Positions 53,901 to 64,000 of a stretch of DNA of 64,000 bases are shown here, one piece after another (within the stretch, counting starts at the first letter, position 1; every line of letters begins with the position of its first letter). The notes beneath the pieces were generated by a model. The model had not been told where the DNA came from. It did not search any database and saw only the letters and a list, made by a program, of their open reading frames with translations. The DNA lies in contig NC_045696.1 in NCBI RefSeq assembly GCF_009834535.1, forward strand, positions 9,798,001-9,862,000, in the 5' to 3' direction. The DNA is from Camelus ferus (taxonomy: Eukaryota). The position numbers were made by a program, and so were the translations under genes.

Positions 53901-56900
53901 TTACTAAGTAATTACCAGTCATATTGTAAATCAATGGCCAATTAACAAGGTGGGTTTTGTCAATGTGTAAGCAGCAATTTTTGAAACCTAAAATGCTAAA
54001 GGAGGGGTCTAAAGGTAACTAAGCATGTCTTTAAAGAACCTCAAAAGCCCTGCATCTAAATGAGAAATTACAAGATGATAGCCATATCTGACCAACAGAT
54101 ACATTTCATTAGGTCCATGGTGCTTAAATATTTTTAGTTACCAACATCTTAAAAATTAGACTTCTTGTAAAATCTGGATTTCTGGCTAGGAACAGAATAA
54201 GAAAAGGACAAGCTGGCAAAAACCAGGCCCACACTCCCCATGGCAATTGGACTGTAGCAGCAAGCACCAGTACCACCAGCACACACAGGCACCCTCAGCA
54301 GCTCTTCCATTTTGCCACAGGCCCACTCAACCCCTTCCAATCTTGAATTACAATACTCCAAACAATGACACAGTTATCTAAGGCTGATTCATACTTACCC
54401 ATAGTATAAGAATTCAACATACAACCTGTCTATTCCTTAGACAACTTTATTAAACAGCTTGTATTAACCTATGAATACAATCATACTTCACACTGCCATC
54501 TCCAAACACAATGAAAATGATTTAAAAAGTTACCACCATTACTATTCTTCTTGGTCACATTCTTGTTTCTTCATTATACAGTCACACACACTTTTCTCAA
54601 CTCTGCTTCATACAGTGCCCAATACCCTATACCACCCAGTATCTCATTATGGAGCTTCAGAGTAAAATAATCAGGTACCAAAAAAGTCACAAATTAAGTC
54701 TGAAACAAAGTTGGTTTAAAAGACTAACAGTTACATACACATGAAAAAAAATGTCTCTTTTAAATGGTCTTACTTTGGACTTGGTCACAAGTACCCCTGG
54801 CTTATAAAACAATTACTAAAAAAACAATCAAGCATGTTAATGACATATATACATTCCAGCCAACATTTGCTATAATGCAAAATAATACTATTTTATTTTA
54901 ATTCTAGGAATGGAAAGAATCTTAAAATCAATTAAAAGAAAGATATAATGTTTCAATACATTGCTGCATCAAAAAATGAAAAGTAAAATACTAACTGAAA
55001 ATACCCTGTAGCAGCAGAAATCGATGGGCTATAATCCATCTGCTCCATGTGTTGATTCTATCGAGAAGGGGTCATCCCTAAAGCTTCAGCAGTTTGGCAG
55101 TTAGCAATCAAACATTTACTGAATAGATTAAAATACTAAGTTTTCCCCCTACTTGCCTCAAATCACCTTGATACAGCCTATCAAAAGTAATTCTTTTTAG
55201 AGTCTTCCCATTCTTCACTTTTCCCAATCATCTCACTTAAATAATACACTAAGTCTTAACTAAGTACTACTTACACAGGGTCAGATAGGAAATGAACACA
55301 AAGCCCAGATGCAAAGAGTTTAGTTCCTGATGAGGAATCCCAGTGCACACAGCCTGGCAAAGGCTGGTAGCTGCTGAATAAACACTACTTTTCTGTCTAA
55401 CAGAGAATCTGTTCTAAGAGGTGAGTTCATGGGATCCCTCACAAATACATTCTACATCTCACAGTTGCAAAACCTCGACCTTGTTCATTACTGTGCAAGT
55501 TATTATGCAGTATGCCTCCTGTCCACTGATTCAAAAATTTTTAAGCAAGCACTGTATTCCAGGTTTGACTCAGTCTTGGATTCTGGCAACTTACATGTAG
55601 TAAATTTCTTTTGGAGTCTCTTCATCAATAAAGTGGGAATAATGGAAAACTGGACCAAAAAGTTTGATAACTTGCCTGAGATCACAAAGCTACTTTAATG
55701 ACATACTGAACACCTACTACTTCCAAGATCATGTTACCATTTTATCTTCAAACACTCCCCAACTGAGGAATTGCTCCCATTTTACAGATAAAGAAATGAG
55801 GATCCAGAAGTGTTAAGATTCCTAGGAGGTAGGTGCCAGGAACCAAAACCAGGTTCACTGTCTCTAAAGCTCTTTCTACTCTCCCAGTGCCAGTTCTTTG
55901 TTTATTCCAACGTAACACAGCCAGTATCTTCATTTCAGATCTTATGTTCTTCTATTCATTAAAAAAACAAAAATCAGAGCATGTACTGAAGCAGAAGCCT
56001 GTGTAGCCAAAACAATCATATCCAAAAGTAATAAGTAAAAAGGGATTAAAGCTAAAGTAAGAAATCAAGAAAATCATACATACATACCTTAAACATTTTA
56101 TTTAAGTTAAACACATAAATGTATATTCATCTGCCAATCATAACATTGGGTCAAGCACTTGGAGAATGGGGTCGATGATGTGGCGCTCCTTGCTGACTGA
56201 CGTTCCTTCTGCTTGATCTAAACCATATCTAAAAATGCATCATCTACAATCTCCATTCCAGCTTCATTAGAGTGGAAAGCTTTAAGAAATCCTTGTAAAG
56301 CAGTTTACATGTAGAATCATCCTGGACTACTGTTGTTATTCTTCCTCCAAAACTTTTAGTTATTGCAGCCATATCTAATTCTACAGCCATTATTTTAGTG
56401 ACTCACCTTTATCAAGGTTTTCCAGAGAATCCAACTCAGTTTTCAGGGGAAAAAAAAAGTTTGCACTCATTTCTTCAGTTTACATGATATTTAAGTTATT
56501 ATGAAAGCGAAATGACCTGCCATGAAATAGTCTTGGAAACCAACATAACTTCTGGTAAGCACACAACTCCCCCAAAGGGCACTGACTTGAAAGCAACTTA
56601 CTAACACAAGAGACCAGCAGGCTACCTCGTATCTGAGAACTGTCTGAGAGAGATAAGAATAGTGACCCCCGTAAGGCAGGTAAGTGAGCATTGACCTATG
56701 TGCAAAGCAGAACAGAGGACAGAAATGAAAGACCTGACCCTCAAGAATATGTAACCTTGCAAAAGGAGATACGGAACATTCACTGATTAACTGTAATATA
56801 AAATAGAAAGTGGTCCCTGTGATCAGACACAGAAACACACCATGCAAGTCCAAAGGAAAGATGATGCTCCTAACAGTGCAAGTCCTCAATATTTGTTTCA

Positions 56901-57841
56901 TGTACTAAATAGTTAAAACATGAACTTGAGGCACATTATCATGGAGATGATGGGGTAACACTGGAAAGCATTCCAAGAAAAGCAGTGTGACACAGGCAGC
57001 AAATAAAAGGGAATGGTATTTACAGGGATCTGCAGCAGCTTTCTTTACTCAGTACTATATGAAATGGAGAATGAAACAGATAGGGTTTAATAAAAAAAAA
57101 AAAAAAGGTTGGCATCATATTACAGGTGGCCTTGGATGCCATACTTTGATCTGAATTATCTTTGAAAAAGAGCATTATTTCTGAATGTGCTGTAATTTGG
57201 CAATGATGTTGACACAATCAAGTGATAGGAGAAAGTAATGAAATAATCAGAAATGGTCGCTATACAATGCTTTGTATTACTTCCTTACTAAAAACACATC
57301 CCAATTCAATAAATCAAGAACTTATATTTTTGCACCCTAAAAAGTATATTTACAGACATTAATTATCCTCCCCCTCAGCAGTATGTTAGAGAGACCAGCT
57401 AAGAAACTGCAAGAATCCAAGAAACATGAGTGGTTCAACTAGGGCAGAGAAGAGACTATACGGTATTGAGAGGGCAGCAATAAAAGAGCTGGATTTGTTC
57501 AGCCCCAGGTACCAGAAAACAGAGAAGCCATAAACAGAAGTAAGTTAGATGAAGTTTTGGAGTAGGCCACTCATTCAGTTTGAACCGCACTAAGTTTGCA
57601 GTGCCAAGGGAACATCCCGGAAGCTACCGGCAGCACAGGCGAGTACAAAGTGCCAGAGTTCTTGGCTTATTACCAAAAAAAGGCAAATCACGTGAAGGTC
57701 AAACTATATGAAGGTCAAAGGCATAGGTACTACATAAAGAAGAGTGAAAGAAGGAATCAAAGCAGCAATCTCAGAAAACAGCAGCATAAGAAGCTAAGAG
57801 AAATACTGAACCTGAGAAACCATGTGTCTCTATATACTAAA

Positions 57842-58092
57842 TCAGGGGTCAGCAAATTTCCTCTGTAAAGGACCAGATAGTAAATACAAATAAATGAACA
57901 GGGTTATGTTCTGACACATCTATATTTATGGACTCTGATATCTGAATTGCATATAATTATCATATCATAAAATATTACTCTTCTTTTAATTTTTTTTCCT
58001 GACTAGAAGTGTAAAATCCTTAAGTTCACAGGCCATACAAATGCAGGTGACAGGTTGGATCTGGCCTATGGACCATATAGTTTGCCAACCTG
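57842..58092 (+). mobile_element. MER58B-like hAT-Charlie MITE
   Basis: Terminal inverted repeats CAGGGGTCAGCAAA and TTTGCCAACCTG; internal CTGTAAAGGACCAGATAGTAAATA. Confidence 0.75.
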
Positions 58093-58310
58093 TCCAAGTT
58101 AAAGTAACAACAAGGAAATAGGACTGAATTAACTGTCTTTTTCCAAATTTCTAAGGGTATTTTTTTTTTAGCTAAATTGACAACATACCACATTCGTTAA
58201 AGTTGAATGATTTCCTTAAATCTAACTAATTCCTTAAATGTGATTCCCCTAAGAGATTAATTACATGTGTTGATAACAATCCCTGTTGGTTTAGAATTGC
58301 CTTCCACTAA

Positions 58311-58422
58311 AAAATATGAAAACAAATATATGTATGTATATGCATGACTGTGACATTGTGCTGTACACCAGAGATTGACACATTGTAATTGACTGTACTT
58401 CAGTAAAATAATAATAAGTAAA
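58311..58422 (+). mobile_element. Young 5'-truncated L1 (~110 bp 3' end)
   Basis: ATGCATGACTGTGACATTGTGCTGTACACCAGAGATTGACACATTGTAA tail with TSD AGAATTGC(C/T)TTCCACTAA at 58293 and 58423. Confidence 0.85.
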
Positions 58423-61400
58423 AGAATTGCTTTCCACTAAAAAGATGTATACCGTATTTTGAACAGAAATTCTACCTGTACTATAAATACAATGAAGGTA
58501 CTAGATGAAAAACATTACTTTAGAATTCCCTAATTGCTTTCAAACTCTTAGTTTTCTTTTAAATTATTTTATAATCTAAAGGTGAGAAGATTCAATATCA
58601 ATCTGCATATGAAACATCTAGATTTTAAAAACCAATAAACACTGTTTTGAATGTGTGAGTTACGATTAACAGGAAAAAATATTTAGTGCAGAATGTCAAA
58701 CTTCTGACAAGCAGTCTTCATACATACAAACCATGTCTGGTAAGGAAGGACTCCTTACCCCCAAGCCACTCCTGGTACCTTAGCTGTAGCTCAGGGGCAG
58801 GAACAGGACTCCTTCTTCAACCACTTGCTGCGGCAATAAGCTGTAACCCAAGAAAACTTTAGTACCAAGTGAAAGTACAACAAGGCTCAAGTCTTTCATT
58901 TCAGGATAACTATTTTAAGTTGCCTGATTTCAAGCAGACAAAACACAAAGGGTGACTACTAAAGATACAAGCTAAGCTGTTAAGGGAGGGCCCACGAGAA
59001 GGGAAAAAAAGACTAACTTAGCCAGCTGACAGCTAGAACAAAGACGTCTCCATTTGAACTTTTGTCTGCCACCACCTGAACAGAAATATCACTGGTTCCT
59101 AGTTATCGAATGTTGCCAAGCAAGCCGAGCTACATCACCTAAGGGTGGCCAGTCCCATACCTGAGTTCATTAGCGCTCTATGCCTCCGAAGAGTATCTAA
59201 AATGCAAACTTTTTTTGGTATTTCTTCCACAAGATTGTAAACTTGGATACAACTCTAGAATACACAACTATTGCCAGTTTATCTAAACAAAATGGCTTCA
59301 CTGAGAAGAAATAGAAAAGACTCTTCACTGCATAATCAGAAAACCTACTGCTTTGTACGTTTTTAGGAACTAGAACTACACTTCTATTTCTAAACGTATA
59401 AAACCCAACTCATAAATTATGCTCAGTACATCGTAAAACTCTTTACTTACAAAAAACTATTTCAATGAATTAGAATTAAAAATATGATTTTCAGTGAAAT
59501 TAATAATTAGAGATACTGAACATAAAATAACTTGTGAGATCTGTTTTAATGAGAAAGAATTTAAGATGTGCGAAGTAGCTATCTACTTTTATTTCTATTA
59601 CAAAAATATATACAAGATATATAAATGGTATTTTATTTTATACACCTGCATTCACTTAGAATGAAACTATTATTTACATCATTAACCTTTAATTCTTCAC
59701 GTAAAAATTCCTGAGTAACAATGAGAAGATTTCAGGAAAAAAATATCTTCCCAGGGCTTTCACAACTCTAAATATGCCAACTGTGATCATCCTCTGGGCA
59801 AACATAAGACATGATAATTAAAGTGCTCCTAAAGTGAGTAACCAAAGAATATAAATGTTCTGCATAAATCTTTTTTTATCCTCAAAATTCCTCTTCCTGA
59901 TCCCATCCCAAACGTAAAAATTTTCTACAACGTTTACACAGCTTTTTCTAGGCTTCTCAACACAGTATGTGGCTTTAAAATTCATAAATTGGCAATTCAG
60001 TTCTATCTTCTACCTTGATAAACTAAATATCAATCTTTCAAATCTAACTTCAGAGTGAAATCAATGGACTATAAGCCATTTCTCAGACTCTGGAGAGAAG
60101 GAACCTCAGTAATCAGTGTCAGATCCTACCCCTCAAATGCATGACCCTTCCTCTATCTACCAGAACATTCTCACTGCACGAGGTCAAGAGGTGGAGAGAA
60201 AACTCGCCATCTCACAGGCAACTGGCTTAGTTTTCAGCTGTTAGGAAAGGTCTACCAACGCTGAATTGACGCCGCCTGGAACCTGCAGCTTGTGGTCTCT
60301 CCTCTGTAGCCTATGTCCTTCCATACTACAGCATTGAATACTGTGTTTGCCAGAGTGAATAAAACTCTTCTGATACAGGCACAAGACTTCCAAAATCTTT
60401 TTAATCTGGAAACTCTTCTATAAATGGTCTAAGACTGGTCTAAGCAACCACCTTTTCAAATGGCTTTAGTCATCACCTTTAAAGGCCTAATTTTGCAACA
60501 TCCACTACTTCATTGAATCAATTTTCAGAATTTAACCTCATTTTTACCTACTTTTCATGCTAAATTACAAGAAGGGGGAATACCAAAATAAGACAACTGT
60601 ATATATACACATTACAATAAAAGTCAAGCTAAATGGTACCTGCAAATAAATTTCTTTTTGGGAGGACTGATATCTACACTCATAAGAGCACAAACTTGAA
60701 AGTGCAACAAAAGCAGATACCCATTATAACTGACTCCCAGTTGTAAACCGAGAAAGAAATAGCACTGGAACTTCTCAGTGACTAACACACAACTGTATAG
60801 TTCAATAAGGACTCATTCTACATACTATACCCTGAAGTCTTTCAGTAGGGACTCCCACACGAGACGCTGGTACAACACAGTGGGTCTCCAACACGAAACG
60901 CTGTGAGAGCCTCAAAACAGCATCTGCATCTTAAACTTTAATACTCTTGTATGCTCAATGTTAAAGAATCAAGCTTGGAGTCAAATAAAATAAAACAGTA
61001 GGGAAGGGGAAATAATACACTTTAAAGAGACTAGAAATGCTCTTCAGGCTTATAGAGTATCACAGGAAAAAAAGACAGGAAAACCTTTCCGGAAATCCAA
61101 GAAAAGGCTGCAAAAACTACCATCTCTCAATTTCTCAATGTCTGTTCTAAAGCTGTCTAACATAGTGCATTTCCTCAATTCCAAGATACATAAATGATTT
61201 GGGAGAGGAGGAAAAGGACAATAAGCCCTTAAAGGGGTAAACTTTAAGAGGTAACACATTTTAGAATCTAAAAATATAAAAAATATGCGATGTGAAATTG
61301 AGGAGTTATGTACAATAGGCAACCTGCAGCAGAGCTACAAACCGCCGCATATTAGAAGGGAGAGGCTTCCCTAGCGCCTGCCAAAGCTCATGGTGGCATT

Positions 61401-63503
61401 TTTCATTCATTTTCCCTAAAGTATTGATCTTACTTTAGAATCCAATTTTCCTAAATTGAAAGCAACCAAAACTATTCAAAACCAAGTCTTTGTGATTGTT
61501 ACACATTGACAACCTACTCAAAAACAAGTTTTGTCAACAATAAATTAAAAAAAAAAGTTTATTTGTTGTTTAGTCTTACTTTATTTAGGTCAAGGGGCTC
61601 TTCAACACAACTTCATCGTTGTTACAATGTTCTATCTGCAGCCATGGAGGCCTCTGCCTCCAGGGAGGATTTCACCTTGATTATCTGTAAAGGTTTCTTT
61701 TTTCCCCCTGCCCTCTTGCCAGGATTTCAAGGAAAATGAATTGAATTATTATTTTAACCAAACCGCATTTCTGTGGCTTATCTTAATTCGAGTAAAAAGT
61801 ATATGCTCCACACCAAAGTTTGTGAATCCTACTTGTAACAGGATAAAAAAACAAAAACAAGAAACATAGTGGAAATACATGTAACTAATACACTTAAAGC
61901 CTTGTTAACAAATGTACAGTACTTGGCAGCTATGCTAAACACAAAGAAGAGTTCAGAGTCTTCATTTAAAAGGTTCATGGATACACTGACTCTTCAATGA
62001 TACCTGTTTCATCCCTAAAACAAGGTGAAACAAAAGAAATTTCAAAAACTGCATTTCCCAGATTCTGGTATCTCCTAAAAAGTGTAAGTTAAAGGGAGGG
62101 CTTAAACAATTACCACGTAATTTAAACTGTTTCCTTTTTAGTAACGTGCACTACTTCTCTTCATTGTTCCTATTCTTTCTAAGCAGTGTCCTAACATAGA
62201 GAAGAAGGGCCAAGCTGGGGGTAATACTCAAGAGGCTAAACAATGCAGTCTTCTCCTAAATTAGAGGAGAAACAAGCTTGAGGACACAGTGGCATACCAG
62301 ACCAGACTCCCAAACCTGATCAAGAGGCACTGGTGTCCTCTCCCACAACACAATGTACAAAAAAGTAAGGATTTTCCAATGTTCTGTGATTGTTAGTTTC
62401 TCAACAGCGCTTGAACCGAGACCCTAGGCTTAAGTTCAACCAAACTTCCTACACAGCTCTTCTTCAGAATTGACCCAAAGTATAAAATGTGTCCAAGCCT
62501 CTGGCGCTGTAGGAAGCCATGCATCCAAAGTTCGAACATAGGTTTTTTTGTTTTTGTTTTTAATACCTGCAAGAGGAGTTAAAAAATAAAATAAAATAAA
62601 ATCATACACCACGCTCTACGTTACCCAATTCACGGAAGAACGGGGATTTCGGCGACGGCTTGAGGAGTACCTGACCCAGAATAGAGAACGAAGGGCTGCC
62701 TCCGGGCCGCGGGTCCCTGTCCTCGGCCACACCATTACCTGAAGTGAAAGGGCTGCAGGATCGCTTATCATCCCTCCAAACCTGAAATCCCCTACCTCAA
62801 GAGCAATCAAAAGCAGGGGGAGCAAAGTTTCTTCCGGAAGGCGCAAAAAAGGCCACAACTTGGATGAATGAAACTGGGCTAAGGGCACTCGGAGCAGGAT
62901 TTTCGCTGAAGTCAGAAAAAGAGAAGTCAAAGATTTTTTTAACGTGAGCCGGTTATACGCGGCGGTGGTCCAGACAACTGCACAAACACGCTTGGAAGAA
63001 GGTTTTATTGAGCGCGGACGGTTCCGGAGCGGCCGGCGGGCGCTAGAGTGGAGGCGGGCGGCGGAGGCGGAGGCGGGTGGGCGGCGGAGCGGGGCCGGAG
63101 CGGGCGGCGGCGGCGGCGGCGGGGCCGGCGACGAGGCAGCTTCGCGACGGCAGAGACGGGGCCGGGGCCGGGCGCTGGCGCGTGTCCTCCCGCGGACCTT
63201 CCACTGGACTCCCGCGGGCCGCCCCGCCCCCCGTCCCCCGCCCGCCCGCCCGCCCGGCGGCCGCGTGCGAGGCACACCCTCCCGCGGCCGCGCTCCCGCG
63301 CCGGCACACCCCCGCCTCCCGCGCGCACGCGGCCTCGCCGGGCCAGCCGGCCCCACGCGCGCCCCCTCAGCCCGGACGCCCGCCGCCCGCCCGCCCGCGA
63401 CCCCGGCTCCCTCCCGGCCGCGCGGGGAGGGCGGGAGGCGGCGGCCTAGAGGCTTCGGGAGCGCCCGCGCGGGAAGGCGGGCTCTGAGGGGAAGGTCACT
63501 TAC

Positions 63504-63548
63504 CCGCTGCATGGCTTTCAGAATCAAAGCCAGCTCGTAGCGGGGCAT
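63504..63548 (-). CDS. MRPS6: MRPS6 coding exon 1 (MPRYELALILKAMQR); first exon shared with SLC5A3
   Basis: ATG at 63548 gives 15 codons matching the mammalian bS6m N-terminus, followed by donor CGG|GTAAGT (phase 0). It lies in the CpG island. Confidence 0.97.
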
Positions 63549-63718
63549 ACCCGAATGCACAGCGCGCAGCTCCGAACCGAGCCGGCTCCGGGGACGTACG
63601 AGGTCGGGGACCGCGGGGACCAGGCGGGGGACTGCGCCGGAAGGCTCCCAAGCGGCGAAAGCACGCTCCGGCCGCGCGAGCCCGGGCTTAAAGGCTCTGG
63701 CAGCTGCGCAGACGGCCC

Positions 63719-63766
63719 GCCACGCCCCCTCGGCTAGCCACGCCCCCGCGCCCCACGCCACGCCCC
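63719..63766. promoter_or_regulatory. Three GCCACGCCCC Sp/KLF boxes
   Basis: Exact copies at 63719, 63737 and 63757, about 170-220 nt upstream of the ATG. Confidence 0.7.
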
Positions 63767-63968
63767 CTCCTTAAGGCGGCAGTGCCGCGCCCCCTCGACA
63801 GCCCTGCCGCCCCCGCCGGGACCCCAAGCTCTGCCCAACCCGGTAGCCACTGCGTGTGGGAGGCAATGTGGGTTCGGGCGGGAGGGAGGCCAGCCGGAGC
63901 TACACGCCCCCTCCGACCCCACCGCCGCCGCCCCTGCCGCTGCGCTACGTACGGTTCTCGAACCAGCT

Positions 63969-63979
63969 GGAACTTTCCA
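63969..63979 (-). promoter_or_regulatory. Promoter-proximal TonE/ORE (NFAT5) site TGGAAAGTTCC
   Basis: Matches TGGAAANNYNY within a GC-rich promoter. SLC5A3 is an established NFAT5/TonEBP target. Confidence 0.72.
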
Positions 63980-64000
63980 TGCCTTCCGTTTCATCCTGGG

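Larger units (their letters stand above)
62630..64000. promoter_or_regulatory. CpG island and shared MRPS6/SLC5A3 promoter
   Basis: Very high GC and CpG density around exon 1, with (GGC)6 at 63103-63120. Confidence 0.93.

Noticed and set aside
7017..60417. Scattered single TGGAAANNYNY matches (e.g. 11427, 24897, 60407)
   Set aside because: Roughly ten are expected by chance in 64 kb of AT-rich DNA. I kept only the palindromic and promoter sites.
62616..63994. Long ORFs in the CpG island (381 aa, 198 aa and others)
   Set aside because: Low-complexity Ala/Arg/Pro/Gly frames expected from stop-poor GC-rich DNA. Only the 15 MRPS6 codons are recognisable.
1..64000. CRISPR arrays, operons or prokaryotic defence systems
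   Set aside because: The sequence is clearly mammalian (spliced genes, LINEs/SINEs, CpG island) and I saw no repeat-spacer arrays.

Overview
Mammalian nuclear DNA containing the complete MRPS6/SLC5A3 nested locus on the minus strand. The species is probably a camelid, inferred from Vic-1-like tRNA-derived SINEs. MRPS6 (mitoribosomal bS6m, 124 aa) has three coding exons: 63548-63504, 15041-14902 and 609-420. SLC5A3 (SMIT1 Na+/myo-inositol cotransporter, 718 aa, intronless CDS 41191-39035) lies inside MRPS6 intron 1 as a ~11.7 kb terminal exon and appears to share MRPS6 exon 1 and its CpG-island promoter, which has a TonE/NFAT5 site. The rest is intron with L1, L2, MIR, MER and MaLR relics; subfamily names are from recall, not a RepeatMasker run. 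The best lead is a possible chimeric splice from a donor inside the SLC5A3 CDS to MRPS6 exon 2 read in another frame, giving a 678-aa transporter lacking TM14 with a Cys-Cys-Cys tail. The MRPS6 start codon also becomes a uORF on the SLC5A3 mRNA, one of four uORFs. Other leads are a candidate second first exon, paired perfect kB/TonE palindromes and a SINE-L1 chimera. The nested arrangement itself is already known, and no prokaryotic-type system is present.
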